A DNA stretch of 64,000 nt from Candidatus Micrarchaeota archaeon (GCA_043803815.1 JAZDJR010000018.1:55730-119729), one strand, 5' to 3'. Numbered from the stretch's first letter, positions 8,129 through 18,228 are shown. A program made the numbers and translations. The notes: a model not told the origin generated them from the letters alone.

Positions 8129-9766
8129 TTAGTCTGCGGACTTGTTTTTTTTGCCGAAATAATACTGGGCAAAGTCGGAAAACGCGGGGCGTGTAATCAA
8201 TAATCCGACGGCAACGCCGGCAATCGTGGTTACCGCAAAGCCAACGAGTTTTCCAAGGCCGAATCCCAAAAATATGATTGGAAGCATGGTTGCCAGTACG
8301 GTTGAGGCGGACGCCAGGATAATGTAAAGAGCGCGTTTGGTTCGTGAAATGATGGATTCAGAATGATCGGTTTGGCTTCCGCGGCGGATTTCATCGGTAA
8401 TGATGATTTGCTGGTTGACTCCGGTTCCAATCGCGGCGATGATTCCGGCAATGGATGCCAGGTCCAGATTCCAATTCACAAACGATGCAAAGCCGAGTAC
8501 GACGATGACTTCGCAAAGCGATGTAAACCCGAGCGCTATTGCAACCGGAATTTCGCGGTAGCGCACAAAAATAATCAGCATGACCATGAGCAATGCCAAA
8601 ACACCCATCCAAACGGCATCCTGCAAAAATTCCTGTCCCAAAAACGGGGAAACCGTTTCTTTTCCGATGTCGCGGACCGCAATCGGCAGTGAACCGGATT
8701 GCAATAAAATCGTCAATGAATCAAGATTTTTTTGGGCGACTTCCGAAGTCGCGGCGCTTCCTTGGATTTGGAGTTCGGACAATACTTTAACGTCTTTGAC
8801 ATCCGATACGTACGGGTCAAGGCCGGTAACGCCGGGGTTTAAGCGGATGATTTCGCGCGTGCCAAGTGCGTTCCAGATAAACGGTGTGCTTGCTGGACCC
8901 GGAGTTTTAAGCACGCTAAAACCAAGCGATTCCAGGTGCTGCACCAGTCCGATGGATGCCGAGTCGGGAACCACGGCGTTCGGATGTTTGGCTCGCAATG
9001 CCAAAAGTTCGGCATCGGTATTTTGGTCGAAATTATTTTCGTCAACTGCGATTACGGGAATCCCTGCGTTTTCAATCAGGTCGTCAATCGTCAGGCCGGA
9101 CGGAACTTTGATGGCATGTTCGTCCGATGCCCACGTTTCTTCATCTTGGGTTCGCTGGTCATCGGTAAAAATTACAATGGCTTCGTCGGGACGGTCAATG
9201 AAAAAATACGTAAATTTGCATTCGTAATCGGGCTGTCCGGCTGAATTGGTTCCGATTAAGTCGCATTGATGAAACGTTAGTTCGGCAAACCGCTTGGCCG
9301 CGCTTGGTTTTAGTATAAACGGCAGGCTCCATTCGAAACCGCCGGCGGATGACGGACGGATGCCGTAACCGCTCGCGGCGTCCTTGGAAATTCTGACAAA
9401 ATCGCTACCGGTAAAGAGGACTTGGCCGTCCAAGGTAGCTTCGAATTTTCCTTGGCGCAGCAAAAGCGATTCAAGTTCCTTGACTTGTTCAGGATCGGTT
9501 TCGGCAATGTCCGCAAAAACGACGTCTTCGCCAGCAAACGACACGGTAGCATCGCGCAACCCCGTAAAGTTCAATCGCTGTTCGATAATCGAGCGGATTT
9601 GTTCTTTTTCTTGGGCATTGGCTGCGGGCTTGGCAAGCTTGACCTGAAAACTGGTTCCGCCCTTAAAATCAATTCCGTAGGACAGCCCCGAAAAGACAAT
9701 GCCGAAAACGGAAATCGCAAGCGCGATTATCAAAAGCCACACGCGCCATTTGGAAAACAGTTGCAT
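8129..9766 (-). CDS. secD: Protein translocase subunit SecD (archaeal type)
   Basis: YGIDFKGGT, LLQSGSLP, VSPFLGQEF, LDLASIAGIIAAIGTGV, LVGFAVTTIAGV; start set at ATG 9766. Confidence 0.9.
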   Translation of the reverse strand: MQLFSKWRVWLLIIALAISVFGIVFSGLSYGIDFKGGTSFQVKLAKPAANAQEKEQIRSIIEQRLNFTGLRDATVSFAGEDVVFADIAETDPEQVKELESLLLRQGKFEATLDGQVLFTGSDFVRISKDAASGYGIRPSSAGGFEWSLPFILKPSAAKRFAELTFHQCDLIGTNSAGQPDYECKFTYFFIDRPDEAIVIFTDDQRTQDEETWASDEHAIKVPSGLTIDDLIENAGIPVIAVDENNFDQNTDAELLALRAKHPNAVVPDSASIGLVQHLESLGFSVLKTPGPASTPFIWNALGTREIIRLNPGVTGLDPYVSDVKDVKVLSELQIQGSAATSEVAQKNLDSLTILLQSGSLPIAVRDIGKETVSPFLGQEFLQDAVWMGVLALLMVMLIIFVRYREIPVAIALGFTSLCEVIVVLGFASFVNWNLDLASIAGIIAAIGTGVNQQIIITDEIRRGSQTDHSESIISRTKRALYIILASASTVLATMLPIIFLGFGLGKLVGFAVTTIAGVAVGLLITRPAFSDFAQYYFGKKNKSAD

Positions 9767-9768
9767 CA

Positions 9769-10887
9769 CTATGCATACACCTTTTTTTTGTGGTTGGCAT
9801 GGTTTAAGAGCATGGGTGCGTTCAAAAGCCACGAGGTCACGACGTCGCCGACCAGGCCGAAAAACAACACTGCTGAAATTTCAAATATGACCATAATTTG
9901 GGTATAATAGGAAAACACCAGCATGACAAACAGCGTTCCAAGCGTGGTTGCCGTCATCGTCATTCCGGTTTTAAACGAGTCCCATGTGCGGTCTTCGTTG
10001 GAACCGCCGCTTTTGGTTTTAAATAATCGCACGCTGAGTAAAATTTCAGTATCCACCGCATATCCGATAAGCATCATTAATGCGGGCAGGGTGGTTAACG
10101 ACAAGGGAATTGCCAATAGCGCCATGCCCGCCAAAGCAACAATAATATCGATGACTACTGCAAGCAGGATTCCCAAAGTTGGATAAAATTCCCGGAAAAA
10201 CAAAAAAATCACCAAGGTGACCAAAGCCAGCCCGATGATGACCACGTTAACCGCGTTTTGCCAAAAAGCGTTTCCAAGGGCGCTTCCAACGGTGCGAAAC
10301 GAAAACCGCGCGTTTTCCTGCGAAACATTCAAAAAGGTCAATACGGCGTTCTGCAAATCCAAATTGAATTGGTTTTGCGCGTTTGTCAGGGATTCGCGGG
10401 CCAATGCAACGGTTTGGTTTTCGGATAGCGTTGAAAAATCCTGAATTTGCGTTTTGGAACGCAATAATTCCAGGGCTTGCACGGCTTTTTCCTTTGCGGC
10501 TTGCGGATCTTGTATCAGTTCGTTTTCAGCGTCGCCTACCAATTGACGCGCTTGCACAAATACGGAGTATTCCTTAAACTGGATGCGAACCCCCTGGCTT
10601 GTACCTGTGACTTTGAATTCTTCCAAACTGAATTCTTGGTCCAAAAAATCCGAAAGCGCATGGGCATCGACGGTTTGGCCGGTCTGGACAGTCAAGAGCG
10701 AACCGCCGACAATGTCCAAGCCGGTGGTCAAGCCGGGAGAAACAAACGCCAAAAAAGCGGCGATTACCGCCATGACCAGCGGAATAACAATGTAATACTT
10801 GTGGTTGCCCAAATAGATGTTTTCCAAGGTAAAAACCCGCAAAAAAAGCCGTTCTTTTGTATTAAAATAAGGTCGGGCAAAAACCAT
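9769..10887 (-). CDS. secF: Protein translocase subunit SecF (archaeal type)
   Basis: GLDIVGG, TVGSALG, ALMMLIGYAVDTEILLS, GMTMTATT, GLVGDVVTSWLLNA. Confidence 0.9.
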   Translation of the reverse strand: MVFARPYFNTKERLFLRVFTLENIYLGNHKYYIVIPLVMAVIAAFLAFVSPGLTTGLDIVGGSLLTVQTGQTVDAHALSDFLDQEFSLEEFKVTGTSQGVRIQFKEYSVFVQARQLVGDAENELIQDPQAAKEKAVQALELLRSKTQIQDFSTLSENQTVALARESLTNAQNQFNLDLQNAVLTFLNVSQENARFSFRTVGSALGNAFWQNAVNVVIIGLALVTLVIFLFFREFYPTLGILLAVVIDIIVALAGMALLAIPLSLTTLPALMMLIGYAVDTEILLSVRLFKTKSGGSNEDRTWDSFKTGMTMTATTLGTLFVMLVFSYYTQIMVIFEISAVLFFGLVGDVVTSWLLNAPMLLNHANHKKKVYA

Positions 10888-10912
10888 TTAAACCCGACGA
10901 ATGTGATAAAAA

Positions 10913-11908
10913 ATGCGATTCAAATTCCCGACAGTGCAACGTTCCCAGGAACTGCTCGATTTTGCGTTTAAAACCGCGCGCGAGCAGCAGCCCAAAACGA
11001 ACAAGAAAATGCGCTCAACCGAGCGCTATGCCAAGGACCTTGAAAAAACCCGGATTGAAAACGGCGCGGAGATTCTGGAGGACAAAATCAAAAAAATCGC
11101 GGACAGCTTTCCGGATTTTGAGCAATTGCCGCAGTTTTATCAGGAGCTTTGCGACGCCAGTTTCGGCTTGGACGAAACCAAGCGGCGGTTGGGCCATGTG
11201 CGTTCAAGTTCCAAGATTATTTCCAAGTTAAAGCGCGAAACCATCGGCAAGATTTTCAAAAGCCGTTCGGTGCACGAAATCCGAAAGCATTCGACCGCTT
11301 TTTACGGCCGCGTCTCTTCGGTTGTCAAAAAACTGGACAGGGATTTGGTGGAACTGGAAAAAAGCCGGCGATTACTGGTCGGTTTTCCCAATATCCAAAC
11401 GCAACTGCCGACGGTTGTGCTTGCGGGTTTTCCAAACGTCGGAAAAACGACTCTTTTGGCGGCCTTGACCGGAAGTGTGCCGGAAATCGCGCCGTATCCG
11501 TTCACCACCAAGGGGCTCAAACTGGGGTATATTCATGAAAAATACTGGACGATTCAAATCATCGACACGCCGGGATTACTGGACCGCCAGTTTGCCAAAA
11601 TGAACGCGATTGAAAAAAAAGCATTGGCCGCGATTTCAAAACTTGCGGACCGGATTATTTTTGTTTTTGACCCGACCTGGACCAGCGGCTTTTCGGTTGA
11701 ACAGCAAACCAAACTGCTTAACGACATGCGCCTTGAGTTCGAGCCGTCCAAAGTCTGGATTGCGTTTACCAAAACCGATTTGGCAACACCCGAGGAAATA
11801 AAAACCGCCCAGGAACAGGCGGGCAAGGGTTTTTTGGTCAATCCCCAAAACGTCGCACAACTCCGGCAAAAGCTGATTGAATGGGCCAAAGAAAAACCGC
11901 CGCAATAA
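10913..11908 (+). CDS. NOG1-family GTPase
   Basis: GFPNVGKTT (G1), PYPFTT (G2), DTPGLLDR (G3), TKTD (G4); helical N-terminal domain. Confidence 0.92.
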   Translation: MRFKFPTVQRSQELLDFAFKTAREQQPKTNKKMRSTERYAKDLEKTRIENGAEILEDKIKKIADSFPDFEQLPQFYQELCDASFGLDETKRRLGHVRSSSKIISKLKRETIGKIFKSRSVHEIRKHSTAFYGRVSSVVKKLDRDLVELEKSRRLLVGFPNIQTQLPTVVLAGFPNVGKTTLLAALTGSVPEIAPYPFTTKGLKLGYIHEKYWTIQIIDTPGLLDRQFAKMNAIEKKALAAISKLADRIIFVFDPTWTSGFSVEQQTKLLNDMRLEFEPSKVWIAFTKTDLATPEEIKTAQEQAGKGFLVNPQNVAQLRQKLIEWAKEKPPQ

Positions 11909-12032
11909 TCCGCTTAAAAATCGGGCAGTGCCAACAGCGGGTTTAAAACCGTTTTTGTGGAGTTATGGTAGTATCAGGCAAGTGGATAACGGAAAATTTT
12001 TCCGCTTGGCCTCTGTTTTGGAGTTGGGGAAA

Positions 12033-12311
12033 GTGAACAAAAAGGCGATGGATGAGCTCAAAGGCGTTGCGGATTTGATGCGCAATGTGGGAAAGGATTC
12101 GACCGTTCCGCGCAATATCCGTTCGACGGTTTTGATGGCTTCAGACAAAATAGGAAAGGGGGAGTGCGACATCGAAGTCGAAATCGGCTCCGCGATTTAT
12201 TCGATGGAAGACATTGCCAACGACATCAATATGCCGTCGCATACGCGCACCGAACTGTGGAACATTATCAGTTCCCTTGAGCGCATCAAAGAAACCCTCA
12301 ACAAAAAATAA
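12033..12311 (+). CDS. UPF0147 family protein
   Basis: DSTVPRNIR and DIANDINMPSHTRTELWNIISSLE; start uncertain (GTG 12033 or ATG 12048). Confidence 0.85.
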   Translation: MNKKAMDELKGVADLMRNVGKDSTVPRNIRSTVLMASDKIGKGECDIEVEIGSAIYSMEDIANDINMPSHTRTELWNIISSLERIKETLNKK

Positions 12312-12317
12312 GGCCGC

Positions 12318-13877
12318 TTGCCCTTCAGGAAAAAAGGGTTTTGGAATTTGGAAGAAACACAGGCGATTTCGGATAACCGCGAATTCATTGTTGGTCAGGC
12401 GCAGGCCAAAAATCTGGTGCTAAGCCCGGATGCGCTTGACTTATTGGAAAAAGCGACCAAAATTGAAATCGAAAAAACATTGGACAGCCTGTCCGAACAA
12501 AACCTGTTTATTATCAAGGGCTGCGATGTCGAGTCCAAATTGCTGCGCACCAAAATCGCGCCCGCGGAAGTCGAAGTCAAGTCCCGCACGGCTTGGACTC
12601 CGATTGCCAAAGAATATTCGGCTAATTTTCGGGTCCGAAGCGACCTGCAGGTTCCGCAGGATTCGATTTGCGAGGGAACCGTCAATGATTACGTGCAGAT
12701 GTTCCAAAGCCGGTTTGAATTTTTGTCGGCTTTGCTCAAAAACCGTTCGGGTTTTTCTCCGCGCCCCATCGGAAAACTGGGGGAAAACGCGGCAAAGCGC
12801 GACGTCGATTTTATCGGAATGGTTACGGACAAATGGGTCACCAAAAAGGGGCATCTGGCTTTTCGTTTCGAGGATTTGGAAAACCAGTGCATTGCCTTGG
12901 CGTTAAAAGACAAGCCTGAAATCGTCGAAAAATGCCAGCGCATTGCCTTGGACGAAGTGGTCGGGTTGCGGGGCTCCAAAGGATTCGGCGATTTGATTAT
13001 TATCAAGGAAGTTTTGCAGCCCGATTTGCCCATCATGCCCCCCAAAACCATTTCCGAACCCTTGTCCGTCTGCGTGATTTCGGATATTCATGCGGGTTCC
13101 AAATTGTTTTTGGAAAAAGAATTCAAGCGGTTTTTGTCCTGGATTAACGGCAAAGTCGGCGGAGAAAGCGAACGCGAAGCCGCGGGCAAAATCAAATACC
13201 TGTATATTTGCGGGGACAACGTGGACGGAATCGGGGTTTATCCAAACCAGGAAAAGGGCCTTTTGATTCCGACCATTGCCGGGCAATACGAAGAGCTAGA
13301 AGAATTATTGCTGCAAATTCCCGAGTACATTGAAATTGCGATGATTCCCGGCCAGCACGATGCCGTGCGCTGGGCCGACCCCCAGCCCGCTATTTCCAAA
13401 AAATATGTTCCGCGTTTGCATGCCTTGTCCAATTTTCACCTGATGCCGTCTCCCGGCTGGACCCAGATGGAAGACATGGCGGTTGTGCAGTATCACGGCG
13501 CGTCTTTGCACGAATTGTACGGCGTGGTCAAGAACCTGAGCATGACCAAACCCGAACTGGCCATGGTGGAAATTTTAAAGCGCCGGAGCTTTTTGACGAA
13601 TTTCGGAAGCAAGCAGCCCTATGCGCCTGAAAAAAAAGATTATTCCGTAATGCGCGAAGCACCCGACTTTTATCTTGGCGGCGACATGCATCATTACGGC
13701 ACGAGCCAGTACCGCGGCTGCACGGTCATTAACGGCGCGTGCTTTCAGTCGCAAACCGACTTTGAAGTGCGCATGGGACACGTCCCGACTCCGGGAATCG
13801 TTGCCGTAATCGACCTGCAAAACCGCCAGGTCAAAACCAAAAACATGACGGATGACACCTGGGAGACGATGCCGTGA
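12318..13877 (+). CDS. polB: DNA polymerase D small (exonuclease) subunit DP1
   Basis: OB fold plus calcineurin-like motifs SDIH, GDNVDGIGVYPNQ, PGQHD, YHG. Confidence 0.95.
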   Translation: MPFRKKGFWNLEETQAISDNREFIVGQAQAKNLVLSPDALDLLEKATKIEIEKTLDSLSEQNLFIIKGCDVESKLLRTKIAPAEVEVKSRTAWTPIAKEYSANFRVRSDLQVPQDSICEGTVNDYVQMFQSRFEFLSALLKNRSGFSPRPIGKLGENAAKRDVDFIGMVTDKWVTKKGHLAFRFEDLENQCIALALKDKPEIVEKCQRIALDEVVGLRGSKGFGDLIIIKEVLQPDLPIMPPKTISEPLSVCVISDIHAGSKLFLEKEFKRFLSWINGKVGGESEREAAGKIKYLYICGDNVDGIGVYPNQEKGLLIPTIAGQYEELEELLLQIPEYIEIAMIPGQHDAVRWADPQPAISKKYVPRLHALSNFHLMPSPGWTQMEDMAVVQYHGASLHELYGVVKNLSMTKPELAMVEILKRRSFLTNFGSKQPYAPEKKDYSVMREAPDFYLGGDMHHYGTSQYRGCTVINGACFQSQTDFEVRMGHVPTPGIVAVIDLQNRQVKTKNMTDDTWETMP

Positions 13878-13968
13878 GCCAAAAACAATTCGATTGGCAG
13901 AACCGCGGCATCCTGCTCAAGGACTTCTGCAACAAAAGAAAATGGATAGAGCACAACGAGGAATAAAA

Positions 13969-14697
13969 ATGGCGCATCTAAGCAGTTCAAGAAGAGGGCC
14001 GAGAAAAGAACCTCGACGTGGAGACAATATTTTGAATGTATTGGAACAGACACGTTGGGTTGGATGTAAGGGAACTACGCGGCGCGTCTATACCCACAAT
14101 CGTGGACGTGGCTATATTGCTGACGTTGGCAATAAGACCAAGCAAGTTACTGACCTGATTTTACACCTTCAAAGAAAGGGAATTTTTGTTCCACGCATTA
14201 CTAAAGTATACTCTGAAAATCATTTTGTGGAATTTGAAAAAGGGGGAAAAACATTCGCAAATTTTCTTGCAAAACTTTCCTCCGAATCAGAACGCGTGAA
14301 AAAAATGCCGGCCGCGGTCCGTCTAAGGCGGCTGCAACAGCAAAAACGAGCGAACTATCAAATATTAACAAAGATTTTCCGCATGATGGGAAGGGTGCAT
14401 TCATTAGGCATCCGTCACGGTCATCCGCACCCTGGAAATATTGTTCTTCAAGGAAATCGGGTCGGCTTGATTGATTTCAAATTTGCCCATTGGGTTTCAA
14501 AGGAATGCTGGAAATCCCATAATTCCCTCTTTTTGGGATTTTGGGATGACTATATGTGGTTGGGCAAAATCCTCAGTCGGTTAGCAATCCAACCCAAAAA
14601 AAGGACTGCTTTGTGGCGGGGACTCGTTAGTCGATATCCCTGTTCTGAAGAAATCAAACAACAATTAATGAAACGAATAGAACAATGGTCAGGATAA
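13969..14697 (+). CDS. Orphan Kdo/RIO/Bud32-like kinase-fold protein inserted between DP1 and DP2
   Basis: LQRKGIFVPRI, VHSLGIRHGHPHPGNIVL, GLIDFK; Arg-rich N-terminus; GAGGA upstream of ATG 13969. Confidence 0.7.
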   Translation: MAHLSSSRRGPRKEPRRGDNILNVLEQTRWVGCKGTTRRVYTHNRGRGYIADVGNKTKQVTDLILHLQRKGIFVPRITKVYSENHFVEFEKGGKTFANFLAKLSSESERVKKMPAAVRLRRLQQQKRANYQILTKIFRMMGRVHSLGIRHGHPHPGNIVLQGNRVGLIDFKFAHWVSKECWKSHNSLFLGFWDDYMWLGKILSRLAIQPKKRTALWRGLVSRYPCSEEIKQQLMKRIEQWSG

Positions 14698-14717
14698 CAA
14701 AAAAAGAAGTGAAAAAA

Positions 14718-17700
14718 ATGCCGCAAAAACAATTCGATTTGAGATTAAAGCTGATTTGCCATCCTCCTGTGCAGAAATATTACGAACGGCTGATGGCCAA
14801 GGCCACAAAAGAAATCGCTTTGGCGCAGTTGGCGCGCAAATCGGGAGTCGACTTGGAATCCGACATCGAGACTTTGCCGGCCTTGGACTTGGCGGACCGC
14901 TGCGAAAGCATCATCGGTCCCGCGGGAATCGCGAAGCGTTACCGCGAAGAATTTGTGAAAACCAACGACCGGATTAAAACGATTTTTTTGCTGTTCCGCG
15001 AAATGATGGAGCAAACCGGATGGTACCGCGAGGCCGACCCGCAAAAACGCCTGGACCAGTCGATTCGAACCGCCTTGGTGCTGGTAACCGAAGGCGCGGT
15101 TGTTGCTCCGCTGGACGGCGTTCCGCGGATATTGATTTCAAAGAATCCGGACGGTTCGCAGTACGTGGATATTTATTTTGCGGGGCCGATTCGCGCGGCC
15201 GGCGGAACCGCGACCGTGTTTCCCCTGATTTTGGGGGATTTTGCGCGCAAACTGCTGAATCTGGACCGATACAAGCCCACCGACGACGAGGTGGAGCGGT
15301 ATGTGGAAGAAACCGCGATTTATGACGAAATCGTTTCGCGGCAATACAAATTAAAGGAAGACGAAGTGCGGAAAATTATCCGCAATTGCACGGTGTGCAT
15401 TAACGGAGAGCCGACCGAAGACCGCGAAGTGTCCGTGCACCGCGACTTGGACCGCGTCCTTTCCAATCAGGTTCGCGGCGGCGCGTGCCTGGTCATCAGC
15501 GAAGGAGTCGCGTTAAAGGCGCGGAAAATCATTTCGTATGCCAAGCAGCTTGAACTGGACTGGAACTGGCTTGAACAAATAATTAAAGTCGAAAAAAGCG
15601 ACGGTTCGAAAAAAGGATTGAGCGTTAATGACAATTTTTTGGAGCGCATGGCCGCCGGACGTCCCATTTTTTCCTATCCCTTGCGAATCGGCGGTTTTCG
15701 CCTGCGCTACGGAAGAGGCCGCAATACCGCGGCCATGGGAAAAGCGATTCATCCGGCTACCATGTATGTTTTGGACGAATTTATCGCGGTTGGAACGCAG
15801 TTAAAAGTCGAGCGCCCGGGAAAAGCCGCGGAAGTGTTTCCCTGCGATTCGATTGAAGGGCCGATTGTGCGGTTGTTCAACGGCACGGTTTTGCAAATCG
15901 ATTCGGTTGCCATGGCTAATCAGTATCGCACCCAAATCGAACGGATACTGTTTTTGGGGGACCTGCTCGCAACGGTAGGGGACTTCCGGAAAAGCGGCCA
16001 TCCCTTGGTTCCGGTCGGATACTGCGAGGAATGGTGGCTTTGCGAACTTTCAAAAGCGCTAAGCGAAGGAAAAAAAACAGAGGTATCGCTTGAAGCGATT
16101 CTAAAAAAACCCAAAATAGTTTCGATTAAGCAATCCCTGCAATTAAACAGCGATTTGGGGGTGCCCTTGCATTCCAATTTTGTTTATTATTATAAGGCAT
16201 TGGATTCCAAATTATTCATCGAATTGTACAACGGGTTGTATGGCGCAAGGCAGCTGCAAGGCGAAAACGGAATCGGGTTGGAACTTTCAAACGAAGCCGA
16301 TGTCAAAAGCGCCTTTGAAAAAATCGGGGTTCCGCATTCGCTTGAAAACGACGCCAAAACCATCCGAATCGGCGAGCAAACCGGCTTGGCTTTGCTGAAA
16401 ACATTCGGCGTTTTGGACAACCGGACCATTGACCCGACCCAAATCACCAACGACAATATTTTGGAAGTATTGAACCTGACAAGCGGCTTAATCATCCGCG
16501 ACAAATGCGGCACTTTTATCGGCTGCCGCATGGGCCGACCCGAAGCAAGCCATCCGCGCAAAATGATTGGAAATCCCCACACTTTGTTTCCCATCGGAAC
16601 GTTTGGCGGCCCCACGCGCTCGATTAACAAAGCCGCGGTCACGAACGAAAAAAGCATTTCGCAAAAAAACGAAATCGAAGTCGAAATCGCCTTGTTTGAA
16701 TGCCCCGAGTGCCGCCAAATTTCGTCTTTTCCGCAATGCGGCCATTGCCGAGCCAAAACCATTCCGCGGTACTGGTGCAAAAAATGCGAAGCCCCCGCCG
16801 CTCCCGACCGTTGCCCGAAGTGCGCGGGAAAAACGAACCGGTATAGCTTGCGCAAAATTGAGCTGAACGAAATCGTCAGCCAGGCCGCCAAAAACGTGGG
16901 AATCAAAATGCCGCCTTTGGTCAAAGGGGTCAGGGGATTAATCAACGAAACCAAGGAAGTCGAGCCATTGGAAAAAGGGATTTTGCGCGCGAATTACGAC
17001 TTGCACGTGTTTCGCGACGCGACAATTCGCTATGAAATGCTTAATGCGGCCATCACGCATTTTAAGCCGGTTGAAATTCAGACTCCGGTTAGCCGGCTTC
17101 GCGAACTCGGATACGAATTTGACATGGATGGAAAACCGCTGGAGACCGAAGACCAAATGGTGGAATTGTTTCCGCAGGATGTCATCATTAACGAGGAAGC
17201 GGGGGATTTTTTTGTAAAAGTCGCCAAGTTTTTGGACGACGAGCTTTCGCGCCTGTACGGAGTGACGGAATATTTCAAAAAAAACAAGCGCGACGAAATG
17301 GTCGGCGAACTCGTACTCGGCCTTGCGCCGCACACTTCCGCAGCGGTGGTCGGAAGAATCATCGGCTACACCAAATCGCGCCTCGGCTGGGGGCACCCGT
17401 ATTTTCACCTGGCCAAGCGGCGCAACATCGACGGCGACCAGGATTCCATGATGCTTTTGATGGATGCCCTGCTGAATTTTTCGAATCATTACCTGCCGTC
17501 CAGCCGCGGCGGAAGAATGGACGCGCCTTTGGTGTTCACGATTGCGCTTACGCCAAACGAAGTGGACGACGAAGTGTACGATATGGATACCGGAACAAGC
17601 TATCCGCTGGAATTGTATGAAAAAGCGCAGGAATTTGCCAAAGCCGAAAGCGTTTCCATCGATATTATCCTAAAACGGCTTGGAAAACCCGAACAATATT

Positions 17701-18173
17701 CCGGAATCAAGTTTTCGCATTCCACCGGCCGCTTTGACGAAGGACCGCACACCACGCGCTACGTGCAATTGCAAAGCATGGAAGACAAGTTAAACGCGCA
17801 AATCCGGCTGCAGAAAAAAATCGCGGCTGTTGACCTCAAGAATTCCTTGGAACTGGTGCTGCAGTCCCATTTTTTGCCGGATATTGTCGGAAACATCCGC
17901 AGTTTTTCAAAGCAGCAGATGCGCTGCACCAAATGCAACGCCAAATACCGGCGCGTTCCGCTTAAAGGCCTTTGCACCAAATGCGGCGGCCATATTATCC
18001 TGACGATTGCGCAGGGTTCGGTACGCAAATATTTGGAACTGGCCAAAAACGTGGTGCACCAAAACAACCTGTCCAATTATCTAGCCCAGCGCCTGGACCT
18101 GATTGAAGACGAAATTAATTCCGTGTTCAAACCCGAAAAGACGACGCAAAAATCCTTGTTCGAATTCGCGTGA
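14718..18173 (+). CDS. polC: DNA polymerase D large subunit DP2, no intein
   Basis: YFAGPIRAAGGT, GGFRLRYGR, RMGRPE, KRRNIDGDQD, SRGGRMDAPLV, C-terminal CxxC zinc motifs; alternative start at 14685. Confidence 0.98.
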   Translation: MPQKQFDLRLKLICHPPVQKYYERLMAKATKEIALAQLARKSGVDLESDIETLPALDLADRCESIIGPAGIAKRYREEFVKTNDRIKTIFLLFREMMEQTGWYREADPQKRLDQSIRTALVLVTEGAVVAPLDGVPRILISKNPDGSQYVDIYFAGPIRAAGGTATVFPLILGDFARKLLNLDRYKPTDDEVERYVEETAIYDEIVSRQYKLKEDEVRKIIRNCTVCINGEPTEDREVSVHRDLDRVLSNQVRGGACLVISEGVALKARKIISYAKQLELDWNWLEQIIKVEKSDGSKKGLSVNDNFLERMAAGRPIFSYPLRIGGFRLRYGRGRNTAAMGKAIHPATMYVLDEFIAVGTQLKVERPGKAAEVFPCDSIEGPIVRLFNGTVLQIDSVAMANQYRTQIERILFLGDLLATVGDFRKSGHPLVPVGYCEEWWLCELSKALSEGKKTEVSLEAILKKPKIVSIKQSLQLNSDLGVPLHSNFVYYYKALDSKLFIELYNGLYGARQLQGENGIGLELSNEADVKSAFEKIGVPHSLENDAKTIRIGEQTGLALLKTFGVLDNRTIDPTQITNDNILEVLNLTSGLIIRDKCGTFIGCRMGRPEASHPRKMIGNPHTLFPIGTFGGPTRSINKAAVTNEKSISQKNEIEVEIALFECPECRQISSFPQCGHCRAKTIPRYWCKKCEAPAAPDRCPKCAGKTNRYSLRKIELNEIVSQAAKNVGIKMPPLVKGVRGLINETKEVEPLEKGILRANYDLHVFRDATIRYEMLNAAITHFKPVEIQTPVSRLRELGYEFDMDGKPLETEDQMVELFPQDVIINEEAGDFFVKVAKFLDDELSRLYGVTEYFKKNKRDEMVGELVLGLAPHTSAAVVGRIIGYTKSRLGWGHPYFHLAKRRNIDGDQDSMMLLMDALLNFSNHYLPSSRGGRMDAPLVFTIALTPNEVDDEVYDMDTGTSYPLELYEKAQEFAKAESVSIDIILKRLGKPEQYSGIKFSHSTGRFDEGPHTTRYVQLQSMEDKLNAQIRLQKKIAAVDLKNSLELVLQSHFLPDIVGNIRSFSKQQMRCTKCNAKYRRVPLKGLCTKCGGHIILTIAQGSVRKYLELAKNVVHQNNLSNYLAQRLDLIEDEINSVFKPEKTTQKSLFEFA

Positions 18174-18228
18174 ACGGCGATTGACGGAAAAAAACGCACA
18201 GATAAGTATTCTGAACCAAACAACAGTA

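Noticed and set aside
16190-16954. 254 aa antisense ORF in polC and similar long shadow ORFs
   Set aside because: They lie fully opposite well-supported conserved genes and show no motifs
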